32,000 bases of DNA from Nitratidesulfovibrio vulgaris str. Hildenborough (lineage in GTDB: Bacteria; Desulfobacterota; Desulfovibrionia; Desulfovibrionales; Desulfovibrionaceae), in contig NC_002937.3 in assembly GCF_000195755.1 (NCBI RefSeq), forward strand, positions 360,001-392,000. Reading direction: 5' to 3'. The notes under the pieces are model-generated. The model was not told the origin of the DNA. It worked only from the letters and a program-made list of their open reading frames with translations, and did not search any database. Positions 18,974 to 27,392 of this stretch are shown here, one piece after another (position 1 is the first letter of the stretch; every line of letters begins with the position of its first letter). The position numbers were made by a program, and so were the translations under genes.

Positions 18974-20569
18974 GTGATGCCCCTGCGCCTGCACCACCGC
19001 GCCCTTCTCGCCCTGTACGGCGCCGTCTGGCGTCTCGCCCGCCCCGTGCTCGCTCGGAATCGTCGACTCGCCCACCGCTTCGAGGAACGGCTGGTGCCCC
19101 GTCAGTGGGCGACGCCCGTCGATGTGTGGGTGCAGTCGGCTTCGGGGGGCGAATCGTATCTCGCATGGGAACTGCTGAAGGCGTTGCCTGTGGCGGTTGC
19201 GCAGGACGCTGGCGTGGGTATGGCAGACAGGCCGGGTGGCCGTGCCGAAGGGGGAACGCAACCCGGTAGCTGTGGCGACGTCCATAACGGCATGGGGACT
19301 GCCACCCCCTCGGGATGTCGGGCTGATGGGGCGGGTATGCCACCTGTGCGGAAGGTGCTTCTCACATCCTGCACGGAACAGGGACTCGACGTGCTGCACA
19401 AGGCGGTGGCATGGGCGGCTGATGAACGGCCCGACCTTGATGTGCAGGTGCAGGTCTTCCCCTTCGACGAACCGTATCTCATGGGCGAGGCGCTGGCACA
19501 GGCGAAGCCACGCGCCGTCGTCCTGCTGGAGACGGAATTGTGGCCCGGGCTTCTTGCAGCCTGCACGGTCGCCGGCATCCCCGTTGGGGTGGTCAATGGG
19601 CGCATGACGCCGCCCAGCCTTGCCGCGTATCTTGCCATTGAGGGCTTCTGGCAGGCCGTGGGGCCGTGTCGCGTCGCCGCCATGAGCGATGATGACGCCA
19701 TGCGCTTCGCCCTGCTTCTGGGCAGGCGTGCAGGCGCGGACGGTGTGGACGTGATGCCGAACATGAAGTTCGACCGCGTGGTGCCGGACGTCGTAGCGTC
19801 TTCGGGGGCGTCAAGCGCTGAAGCGCATGGGAACGCCGCGAAGTGCGATGCGGTGCCGCCTTGCACCGGGGGTGGTGCGTTGTCGGGCACAGGGGGGACC
19901 GTCGCCGGTGGCAGGCCGGATGCCGATGCACCGGGCACTCCCGCCCCCATGGGCGAGGTGCTGCGCGAGGGGGCGTCCCTCGTCGTCTTCGGGTCTGTGC
20001 GCGAAGAGGAAGAGACGGCCCTTCTGTCCGTGCTGCTTCGACTGCGTGACGAACGTCCACGTACGGACATCGCCATCGCACCACGGCACATGCACCGCGT
20101 CGAGGCATGGTGCCACATGATGCGTCATGCGGGCATCACGCCCGTGCTTCGGTCGTCGCTCACGACGCCTCCTGCACCCGGCGCGGTCATCGTGTGGGAC
20201 ACCTTCGGCGAACTGGGCGCGCTGTATGCCGCGGCCCGTGCGGTGTTCGTGGGTGGCAGCCTCGCGCCTCTGGGGGGGCAGAACTATCTCGAACCGCTCG
20301 CCCGTGGCGTCGTGCCCTGCGTGGGGCCGTATCTTGGCAACTTCGAGTGGATAGGGGACGCCTTGCGCCAGCAGGGGCTGGTGCAGGTCGTGCCCGATGC
20401 CGATGCCCTCGCCGGGGCGCTGCTGGGTCAACTCGAACGCCCCATGCCGCGTGACAGGGTGCTCGAACGGTTCATGGCGTGGGCCGAACCCCGGCGCGGG
20501 GGGGCCTTGCGTGCCGTGCAGGTCGTGGAAGAACTGCTGGCGATGCCTACGCAACAGGGCGACCGCTAG
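18974..20569 (+). CDS. waaA: 3-deoxy-D-manno-octulosonic acid (Kdo) transferase with two low-complexity insertions (531 aa from GTG 18974; ATG at 18977 possible)
   Basis: It is collinear with WaaA/GT30: VWVQSASGGESYLA (compare E. coli SVSVGET), LLETELWPGLL, VNGRM, APRHMHR (compare PRHPERF), DTFGELGALYAAARAVFVGGSL and GGQNYLEP (compare GGHNPLEAA). GGAGGAG lies at the start. Confidence 0.85.
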   Translation: MMPLRLHHRALLALYGAVWRLARPVLARNRRLAHRFEERLVPRQWATPVDVWVQSASGGESYLAWELLKALPVAVAQDAGVGMADRPGGRAEGGTQPGSCGDVHNGMGTATPSGCRADGAGMPPVRKVLLTSCTEQGLDVLHKAVAWAADERPDLDVQVQVFPFDEPYLMGEALAQAKPRAVVLLETELWPGLLAACTVAGIPVGVVNGRMTPPSLAAYLAIEGFWQAVGPCRVAAMSDDDAMRFALLLGRRAGADGVDVMPNMKFDRVVPDVVASSGASSAEAHGNAAKCDAVPPCTGGGALSGTGGTVAGGRPDADAPGTPAPMGEVLREGASLVVFGSVREEEETALLSVLLRLRDERPRTDIAIAPRHMHRVEAWCHMMRHAGITPVLRSSLTTPPAPGAVIVWDTFGELGALYAAARAVFVGGSLAPLGGQNYLEPLARGVVPCVGPYLGNFEWIGDALRQQGLVQVVPDADALAGALLGQLERPMPRDRVLERFMAWAEPRRGGALRAVQVVEELLAMPTQQGDR

Positions 20570-20769
20570 GGCCGCCCTGTTCTGCATTCTTCTGCGCTGT
20601 CGCGCGTAGTGTCGCTTCGTCGGGCCTGCTTAGGGCCTGTTCAGGTCGTGTCCATTCCGGTGGCGTACCCGTCTGCGCATCCCGGCGTCCGGTCACGAGT
20701 CGGTGTCCGTCTTCGTGCGGATATAGGTGCCGCTGCCGGGCGTTCTCACCCTTCTGATGCGTCGTCCTG

Positions 20770-22110
20770 TCAGGCTTTGGTGCCTTCCGCGCGTGCCATG
20801 TCCCTGAAGAAGGCCAACAGCGGTGCTTCGCATCCTTCTTCGACCACGCAGGGCCAGTTGATCACTTCGCGTCCCGTCCGTTCCGAGACGGGGCAACGTC
20901 CCTCTGCATAGCCGAGGCTGTCGAGGCCGTGGGTGGCCCCCAGCACGGGCACCGTGAACCACGTCCACGCGGTGTGGACGCGTGCGTCCATGCGTGCGCG
21001 ATGGCGGTCGGCGTCGGGGTGGCGATAGGCCAGCCTGTGGCCCACGATGTCACGCCGGGGGTCGCGGTAGGACTCCGGCAGCAGTGCCTCGAGTGGGGTG
21101 TCGTGTGCCGCGTCGAGATAGGCGGCAAGCAGGGCCCTGCGGCGCGTGGCTTCGCGTGGCCAGCGGTCGAGTTCGTACAGGCCGAGGCGTGCCAGCATGG
21201 CGGGCATCCGCGCCGGGAAGGGATAGGCCCCCGTGCGTTCGACGGTGTAGTCGTCATCGAGGAAGGTCATGCCCGTCTTGAGCACACGGCGCGTCAGCGA
21301 ACGCAGGAGCATGGCGCACTGGTACGCCCCGTAGCTTCCGGGTCTGGCAAGGCGGCGTTCGAGGCGCAACTGGCCGATGATGCGGCGTTGCTGTTCCTCT
21401 GGCAGCGTCGGCAGGGTGCGGACGGTGCGGTCGACCTCTTCCTGCAAGCCCGCATCGCGGGTGTAGAGCACACCTCCCACGAGGGTGTTGAGCGGTTTGG
21501 AGTGGTCGGTGGAGAAGAAGGCCGCGTCGCCGAAGTTGCCAACAGTGACGCCGTCGAGGGTCGAACCCAGCGTGAGGGCGCAGTCCTCGATGAGCGCGAT
21601 ACCTTTGGCCGAGGTGATGGCGCGTAGTTCGTCCACCCGGCACGGGATGCCGAAGCTGTGCTGGGCGATGACGGCGCGGGTGCGCGGCGTGAGGGCCCTT
21701 TCCACGGCTTCGGGGCTGGTGCCGAACGTGGCGGGGTCGACATCGGTGAACACCGGGGTCGCCCCGGTACGCAGTACCGCGCTGGCGACCACCGCGCAGG
21801 TGAATCCCGGCAGCACCACCTCATGCCCTGCGCCTACGCCAAATGCCTTGAGCGCCGTGAAAAGTGCCATGCGTCCGCCTGCCAGTGCACGGGCCTGCCC
21901 GTCGCCCACCACGGCGGCGAAGGTGCGTTCGAAGGCGCCCATGACGGATTCGGCCTGTGCGGGGTCGTCCTTGGCGCGTTCCACTTCGGACATCTGCGCA
22001 TCGGTGAGATGGGCGTGCCCGGTGACGAATCCGTAGTAGGGCCGGGTGAGCACCATGCGCCCCAGAAGGGCGAGGCGACCGGCCACGGCGGCGAGACGTG
22101 CTGTGCTCAT
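20770..22110 (-). CDS. DegT/DnrJ/EryC1/StrS-type PLP-dependent sugar aminotransferase-like protein, 446 aa (longer than typical)
   Basis: It has FERTFAAVVGDGQARALAGGRMALFTAL, GHEVVLPGFTCAVVASAV, GATPVFTDVDPATF, IALIEDCALTLGS and FFSTDHSKPL (candidate PLP lysine). GGGAGGA lies upstream of the ATG at 22110. Its start overlaps the upstream stop (ATGA). Confidence 0.75.
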   Translation of the reverse strand: MSTARLAAVAGRLALLGRMVLTRPYYGFVTGHAHLTDAQMSEVERAKDDPAQAESVMGAFERTFAAVVGDGQARALAGGRMALFTALKAFGVGAGHEVVLPGFTCAVVASAVLRTGATPVFTDVDPATFGTSPEAVERALTPRTRAVIAQHSFGIPCRVDELRAITSAKGIALIEDCALTLGSTLDGVTVGNFGDAAFFSTDHSKPLNTLVGGVLYTRDAGLQEEVDRTVRTLPTLPEEQQRRIIGQLRLERRLARPGSYGAYQCAMLLRSLTRRVLKTGMTFLDDDYTVERTGAYPFPARMPAMLARLGLYELDRWPREATRRRALLAAYLDAAHDTPLEALLPESYRDPRRDIVGHRLAYRHPDADRHRARMDARVHTAWTWFTVPVLGATHGLDSLGYAEGRCPVSERTGREVINWPCVVEEGCEAPLLAFFRDMARAEGTKA

Positions 22111-24023
22111 GCGTCCTCCCTGTCGCCGGACTGCGTCTGCGGTGACGTCATGCCCAGCAGGGCGCGCCAGCGCGGAAGTGTCTTGTCGAGGGCGAGAAAG
22201 TCGTCGGGCAGGTCGGGTGAACGCGGCGCGGCGAGTGCGGCGGCAAGTCCCTCTGCATCCTTGACGAAGGTCATGCCGGGTACACCAAGCAGCGGGCACA
22301 TGTTGAAGTCGTTCTCCGCCACCTGCACCACCAGCGGCAGCCCCTTGCAGGCGGCTTCGAGGGCCACGGTGGTGGAGTTGGACGCCCAGACGACGGTGCC
22401 GGGCACCAGAAGTTCAGGCACGGGGGTGTTCGATACGGCGGGGATGCCGCCCTCTGCGAAGCGTGCCGCCAGTCTGCCTTCCACAGGCAGGTTGGGGTGC
22501 GGCTTGACCACCACCTCATAGCCTGCCAGCAGCCCCTTGCGGGCTGCATCCGCAAGAACGTCAAGCTGGTTGTCGGTCTCGTCCGGGAAGAAGCTGGTCA
22601 TCACCAGCAGCCGGGGCGTTGTTCCCGGCAACGGGGCGGCTTCGTGCGGTGTCAGCCGCGTCTGTCCCGCGAGGTAGAGGTAGCGCAGTGCCTCGATGGT
22701 GGCGAGGCGGTCTTCGGGCATTCCCGCATCGCGCATGGCGCGGAGTGCCCCGCTGCCGTTGCAGCAGATGCGGTCGGGCAGGGTGGCTGCGGCATCGGGT
22801 TCGGTGAACGCTCGCGGGTCTTCGTAGTAGCGCAGGTCGGTGGGGCGCACCGTGGAGTGCTGCGTACCGAATACCGGGCCGAGACCCCGTTCATGCATGG
22901 CATGGGCGAGTGCCTTCTCCCACGGGTGATTCTCCATGGGGAAGATGGCCCATTCCTGCGGGGTGGGCTGCTGCGCCGCCATGCGGCGGAAGGCCACGCG
23001 CATGAGGTGCCGTTGCAGCCCAAGCCAGCCGCGTGTCGCATCGGCCCAGTTGCGGGACATGTAGGGCCAGAACGGCATGTTCGACCCCGGCAGACGGCAG
23101 CGCGAGGCCACCAGCCCTTCCACGCCAAGACCGCGTAGGGCGATGCGGCAGTAGTCCGCCACGGCGCGGGCGATGGCGGCGGCGGGCAGGAATTCTTCGA
23201 TGAAATGGAAGGCGATGCCGTCGCGCCCGTTGCGACGCAGGGTGTCACGAAGCGCGATGGCTTCGCCCAGCGTGAAGTGCGGCGTCGGTTCGAAGATGAA
23301 CAGCCACGTGACACCGTGGGTGCCTTCGCCAAGCGCGTCGTGCAGGCTTTCCCAGTAGCGTGAACGCAGACGCCCTTCACGGGCGGCCTTCACGTCCACA
23401 TTGGGGAAATAGGTGGCGATGGTGCCGGGGCGGGGGTGCGCGGGCAGTGTACCCTTGAAGGCGGGCAGATGGCGCTTCTCGCGCAGCAGCCATGCGCCAA
23501 GGCGGGCCACGGCCTTGACCGGTGCGGGAAGCCGTTCGTAGATGCCACGAATCGAAAGGTCGAGGGTGCGCCCCTTTCCGGCGGGGCGATGGGCGAACAC
23601 GCGCCCGGTGAGGCGGCAGAAGTCGCGCAGGCACGCCACCAGCGCGGCGTCATCGGTGCGCACCTCAAGGCGGCGGTAGTCGTGTTCCTCGATATGCAGT
23701 TCAAGGGCGCGCAGCTTCACCACTTCATAGAGGTGACGGCATATCTTGGGATGCTTCTCGGCCAGCGGCGTCATCCACCAGTGCGAGAAGGTATCTCCGA
23801 CGGCAAGGAGGTCGCGTAGGGTGGCGCCGCCCTTGCCTACAGGGGAAAGCCCCATGTCGTGCGCCCATGTGATGTACTCGCGGCGCAGGCGGGTGAAATG
23901 CGTCTCCACCAGCGCGGGGACGGATACATGCCCTTCGGCTACGGACATGCGTGTCCAGTGGGCGATGTCCATGCCGAGGGGCAGCGACGGCGCGTCACCG
24001 TCGAGCAGAAGCAGGGTGTTCAA
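22107..24023 (-). CDS. Large orphan polysaccharide-biosynthesis protein (about 638 aa); the C-terminal half looks like a GT-B Rossmann domain with a KPHP motif
   Basis: The frame is long with high GC3. I chose the TTG at 24023 (GGGAG 5 nt upstream), and ATG alternatives lie downstream (MDIAHW...). The C-terminal LLVMTSFFPDETDNQLDVLADAARKGLLAGYEVVVKPHPNLPVEG...VVWASNSTTVALEAACKGLPLVV resembles nucleotide-sugar-binding domains of GT-B enzymes. I cannot assign the N-terminal about 400 aa to any family by eye. Confidence 0.6.
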   Translation of the reverse strand: MNTLLLLDGDAPSLPLGMDIAHWTRMSVAEGHVSVPALVETHFTRLRREYITWAHDMGLSPVGKGGATLRDLLAVGDTFSHWWMTPLAEKHPKICRHLYEVVKLRALELHIEEHDYRRLEVRTDDAALVACLRDFCRLTGRVFAHRPAGKGRTLDLSIRGIYERLPAPVKAVARLGAWLLREKRHLPAFKGTLPAHPRPGTIATYFPNVDVKAAREGRLRSRYWESLHDALGEGTHGVTWLFIFEPTPHFTLGEAIALRDTLRRNGRDGIAFHFIEEFLPAAAIARAVADYCRIALRGLGVEGLVASRCRLPGSNMPFWPYMSRNWADATRGWLGLQRHLMRVAFRRMAAQQPTPQEWAIFPMENHPWEKALAHAMHERGLGPVFGTQHSTVRPTDLRYYEDPRAFTEPDAAATLPDRICCNGSGALRAMRDAGMPEDRLATIEALRYLYLAGQTRLTPHEAAPLPGTTPRLLVMTSFFPDETDNQLDVLADAARKGLLAGYEVVVKPHPNLPVEGRLAARFAEGGIPAVSNTPVPELLVPGTVVWASNSTTVALEAACKGLPLVVQVAENDFNMCPLLGVPGMTFVKDAEGLAAALAAPRSPDLPDDFLALDKTLPRWRALLGMTSPQTQSGDREDA

Positions 24024-24096
24024 GGCGACTCCCGGTGGAGTGGCGGCTTGCGCCGCGGTGCGTTGCGGGCCGCGCAAAGGCGCGGCCCGTTGATGG

Positions 24097-24738
24097 TCAG
24101 TCGGCAGCGAGGGTCTCAAGCCATGCGGAAAGTCCGGTGAGGTCGTCACCCCACGGATGCGTTCCTCCCGCGAAGGTGTCGCCGCGCCCGTAGAACAGTG
24201 TGCCCACATCCTCCGCGGCGCGCAGGTCGGTCTTGCTGTCGCCGACCATCACCGTGGTGGCGGGGTCGACATCAGCCAGTTTCACGACCTTGGCGAGCAG
24301 TTCGGACTTGCCGGGAGGCGAACCGTAGATGCCCGCGAAGAAGCGCGACAAGCCGCGCTCGTGCAGGATGTGCGTCAACTCCTCATGGGGTGCGCCGGAG
24401 CACACGTACATGGGGACGCACCCGTGCCATGCGGTGATGGCGTCGTAGGCACCGGGAACGAGTTGGGCGTTGAGGACGCCCTCGAAGGCGTATTCGGCGT
24501 AACGGCGACCCAGTTCATTGAGTTCGTCGCTGCTGATTTCGCGACCGAGAACCTCGCGGAACATCCACTCGAACTTCTTGTAGCGGCTCACTCCGCCGTT
24601 TTCGAGGTGGTAGGCCACCAGCCTGTCGCGAACCTCGCAACCGAAGGGTTCGGCGACGCGCGCGAAGGCTTCGGTCTTCACGTTCACGCTTTCGAGAATG
24701 ACGCCGTCGCAGTCGAAGACGATGCAGGAAAGGGGCAT
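24097..24738 (-). CDS. HAD-superfamily (subfamily IA-like) phosphatase, 213 aa
   Basis: MPLSCIVFDCDGVILES carries the DxDG nucleophile motif. It also has CSGAP (motif II region) and VMVGDSKTDLRAAEDVG (motif IV). AGGAG lies upstream. It is the C-terminal part of ORF 24097..25800. Confidence 0.85.
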   Translation of the reverse strand: MPLSCIVFDCDGVILESVNVKTEAFARVAEPFGCEVRDRLVAYHLENGGVSRYKKFEWMFREVLGREISSDELNELGRRYAEYAFEGVLNAQLVPGAYDAITAWHGCVPMYVCSGAPHEELTHILHERGLSRFFAGIYGSPPGKSELLAKVVKLADVDPATTVMVGDSKTDLRAAEDVGTLFYGRGDTFAGGTHPWGDDLTGLSAWLETLAAD

Positions 24739-24767
24739 GGAACTCCTCTTGAGTGGGGTGCTGGCGA

Positions 24768-25673
24768 TCAGCCCTTGAGGGCGTCGAGCAGGTTGCGGAT
24801 GGTGTCGGTCTCCATGCGGATGCGGGCTTCCACGGCGTAGGAACCCACATGCGGCGTGAGGATGACGTTGGGCAGGTCGCGCAGCGGGCCGGTGTAGGGC
24901 TCCTGTTCGAAGACGTCCAGCGCCGCACCGGCTAGGCGGCCCGAGGCGAGGGCGTCGTGCAGTGCGGCTTCGTCCACGAGTCCGCCGCGCGCGGCGTTGA
25001 TGAGCCATGTGCCTTCGCGCATGAGGCCGAGACGCGTGGCGTCGATGAGATGACCGCCGCCAGCGGGCTTCGAGCAGTGCAGCGAGATGATGTCGGCCCA
25101 GCCCATGAGGGCGTCCATTTCCATCTTCTGGTGGGTGGCGTCCTCTGCGTAGGGGTCGGAGAAGGCGACTTCTGCACCGAAGGCTTCGAAGAGGCGCGCC
25201 GTGGCACGACCGATGCGGCCGAAGCCGACAAGGCCCACCTTCTTGCCGTTGAGCAGGTTGCCCATGCGCTTCTTCCACGTGCCGCCGCGCAACTCGTGGT
25301 CCATGCGCGTGACCTGCCGCATGAGGTCGAGGGCGTAGCCCAGCGTGAGTTCGGCCACGGCGAGGGTGGGGCCGTCGGGCGTGTTGCGCACGGCGATGCC
25401 CTTCTCTTCGGCGGCGACCCGGTCGACGCTGTCCATGCCCGTGCCGCAGCGGGAGATGACCTTGAGGCCCGGCAGGGCGTCCATGACGCGGCGGGTGAGG
25501 GGTTCGGTACCCGCAGCCACGCCCACGCAGCCCTGCAGGATGTCGATGGCCTCGTCTTCGGTGAGGGCGCGGCCCGTGGTGTTCAGAACGTACTCGATAC
25601 CCGCCTCGCGCAGCAGGTCCAGCGGTGCGTCGCTGAACTTGGCGAAGGAGGATGTGGTGATGGCGATCTTCAT
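24768..25673 (-). CDS. D-isomer-specific 2-hydroxyacid dehydrogenase family protein (PGDH/GyaR-like), 301 aa
   Basis: It begins MKIAITTSSF and has GKKVGLVGFGRIGRATARLFEAFGAEV (NAD-binding GxGxxG), INAARGGLVDEAAL and the C-terminal NVILTPHVGS (catalytic His). AAGGAAG lies upstream of the ATG at 25673. Confidence 0.85.
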   Translation of the reverse strand: MKIAITTSSFAKFSDAPLDLLREAGIEYVLNTTGRALTEDEAIDILQGCVGVAAGTEPLTRRVMDALPGLKVISRCGTGMDSVDRVAAEEKGIAVRNTPDGPTLAVAELTLGYALDLMRQVTRMDHELRGGTWKKRMGNLLNGKKVGLVGFGRIGRATARLFEAFGAEVAFSDPYAEDATHQKMEMDALMGWADIISLHCSKPAGGGHLIDATRLGLMREGTWLINAARGGLVDEAALHDALASGRLAGAALDVFEQEPYTGPLRDLPNVILTPHVGSYAVEARIRMETDTIRNLLDALKG

Positions 25674-25815
25674 GTCGCTTCCTTTGCGTCCGGCTGTGCC
25701 GGATAGTCGTTGTGGCGGTGTCGCTTCGGCGGGTGCTCGGCGTCTTCGCGACGCAGCCACCCCCATACCTGACCACGCGGCCGCACGGGGCGGCTGGCAT
25801 CAGGCCGGGCGAGAC

Positions 25816-26409
25816 CTATTCTGCGGGGCCGCGCCTGCGGATGAACCGTGCGGGTACGCCCGCGACCACGGTGTAGGGTTCCACGTCCTTCGTGACGACG
25901 GCACCCGCCCCCACCACGGCCCCGCGCCCGATGTGCACGCCGGGCACCACGGTGCAGTTGGCGGCTATCCATACGTCATCGTCGATGACGACTTCGCCGT
26001 ATTCGTGCCCCTGGAACATGATGGGGGTGTCGAGCCTGTCGAAACGGTGGTTGGCGGCGCGAATGACGGTGCCGGGGCCCACGGTGGCGTGTGCGCCGAT
26101 GCGGACGGTGCCGCCGTCGGCGTCCACCACCACGTTGATGTTCAGCGCGGCGTTCTCGCCCATGACGAGTTCACCCGTGCGGGCGTAGAGGTGGCACCCC
26201 TTGCCGAGGCGTACGCCGTCGGCAAGGCGCATGTGCCCCGCGCCCTGAAGCGTGAGCGACTGCCCGAAGCGCACCTTGCCGCACACGCCGCCGAGAAGCC
26301 TGAACAGCGGACGCCACGCCACGAGACGCACCGCCGTGCCGAGCACGGTGGGCACCCACGCGAAGAGGGCGAACCACAGTTCTTCGAGAAAGACGGCGCA
26401 ACGAGCCAT
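25816..26409 (-). CDS. Left-handed beta-helix (hexapeptide-repeat) acyl/acetyltransferase, 197 aa
   Basis: Hexapeptide repeats are present (VRIGAHATVGPGTVI, VVIDDDVWIAANCTVVPGVHIGRGAVVGAGAVV), ending VVAGVPAR. The N-terminus is hydrophobic. Confidence 0.8.
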   Translation of the reverse strand: MARCAVFLEELWFALFAWVPTVLGTAVRLVAWRPLFRLLGGVCGKVRFGQSLTLQGAGHMRLADGVRLGKGCHLYARTGELVMGENAALNINVVVDADGGTVRIGAHATVGPGTVIRAANHRFDRLDTPIMFQGHEYGEVVIDDDVWIAANCTVVPGVHIGRGAVVGAGAVVTKDVEPYTVVAGVPARFIRRRGPAE

Positions 26410-26418
26410 GCGTTTGTC

Positions 26419-27189
26419 CTACTTCGTGTAGACGGCGCGCAGGGTGTCTTCGCGCATCATTTCGATGACACGTGCGAGGTCTTCAGCCGTGTCGACGCTG
26501 AGGGTGCGCTTGTCGGTGGGCACCATGCGCACCTTCTCGCCGTGTTCGAGGATGCGCATCATGTCCACCGACTCGATGATCTCGAGCGGGCTTTCCTGCA
26601 TCTCGTTGAACTTGAGCAGATAGTCGCGGCGGAAGGGGATGATGCACACCTGCTTGCGCATGGGCACTTCGGTGACGCCCTTCTTGCGCGAAGGCACAGG
26701 CTCGCGCGAGAAGTAGAGCGCGTCGTTGTTGAAGTCCACCACGACCTTGACTTCGTTGGGGTCTTCGAACTCGGCCACGGTCTCCATCTCGGCCATGAGG
26801 TTGACAACGTTGATGGACGGGTCTTTCAGCATGGGTTCGATGGCGGCGTCAATCATGTCGGGGGTGACCATGGGTTCGTCACCCTGCACCATGACCACGA
26901 TGTCGGCCTTGCGGCCCGTGGCCTCTTCGATCTTGAGCATGGCCTCTGCGGTTCTGGTGGTGCAGCGCACATGGTGGTCGCCGGTCATGACGGCCTTGAG
27001 GCCCACGCTTTCGGCGTAGTCGTATATCTCCTTGTCGCAGGTGGCGACATAGGTCTCGGTGAGGCACTTGCTCATGGCGGTGCGGAAGGTCACATGGCCC
27101 ACCATGGGCACGCCGTGGATGTCTGCCATGGGCTTGCCCGGAAAACGGCTGGAGCCCATGCGGGCGGGGATGATGGCTATGATGTTCAT
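26419..27189 (-). CDS. KdsB/NeuA-family cytidylyltransferase (CMP-ulosonic acid synthetase-like), 256 aa
   Basis: MNIIAIIPARMGSSRFPGKP is the P-loop-like CTP-binding signature of CMP-Kdo/CMP-NeuAc synthetases. It also has VVMVQGDEPMV and SVDTAEDL. AAGGAG lies upstream of the ATG at 27189. Confidence 0.85.
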   Translation of the reverse strand: MNIIAIIPARMGSSRFPGKPMADIHGVPMVGHVTFRTAMSKCLTETYVATCDKEIYDYAESVGLKAVMTGDHHVRCTTRTAEAMLKIEEATGRKADIVVMVQGDEPMVTPDMIDAAIEPMLKDPSINVVNLMAEMETVAEFEDPNEVKVVVDFNNDALYFSREPVPSRKKGVTEVPMRKQVCIIPFRRDYLLKFNEMQESPLEIIESVDMMRILEHGEKVRMVPTDKRTLSVDTAEDLARVIEMMREDTLRAVYTK

Positions 27190-27290
27190 GATGTCGCTCC
27201 TTGCGGCATTGTGTCGTTCTTGGGGTATGCCCGGTCGTTTCCGGGTGTCACTGTGTGCCCCTGCATGTCCCTGACGGCCCTTGCCTGCGC

Positions 27291-27328
27291 CTGTTTGCAC
27301 CTGTTCGCACCTGTTCGCACCTGTTCGT
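27291..27328. repeat. Four tandem copies of a 10-bp unit (ctgtt[t/c]gcac; minus strand GTGCGAACAG)
   Basis: Read directly: ctgtttgcac ctgttcgcac ctgttcgcac ctgttcgt. It lies in the gap between the SDR gene and the cytidylyltransferase gene. Confidence 0.95.
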
Positions 27329-27356
27329 CAGGGCAGATGCGATGCGCCGGTTATCA

Positions 27357-27392
27357 GGTCGTCTCCCCGGTGGTCTCCCCGGTCGTCTCTGG
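27357..27392. repeat. Three tandem copies of a 12-bp unit (ggtcgtctcccc / ggtggtctcccc / ggtcgtctctgg) running into a G8 homopolymer (27391-27398)
   Basis: Read directly from the sequence. Confidence 0.95.

Noticed and set aside
20570-20769. Expected terminator between convergent waaA and the aminotransferase gene
   Set aside because: I found no stem of 8 bp or more and no U-tract by eye, so no feature is called.
24739-25800. N-terminal 350 aa of ORF 24097..25800, apparently fused to the HAD phosphatase
   Set aside because: This part overlaps the 2-hydroxyacid dehydrogenase gene in another frame and translates to Arg/Pro/His-rich nonsense. The HAD domain starts at the ATG at 24738 with its own AGGAG.
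27291-27392. Possibility that the tandem repeats are a CRISPR array or part of a coding repeat protein
   Set aside because: The units are only 10-12 bp and directly abutting with no spacers, so this is not a CRISPR array. The plus-strand ORFs through the region (27201..27518, 27281..27670) have no SD and are produced by the repeats themselves.
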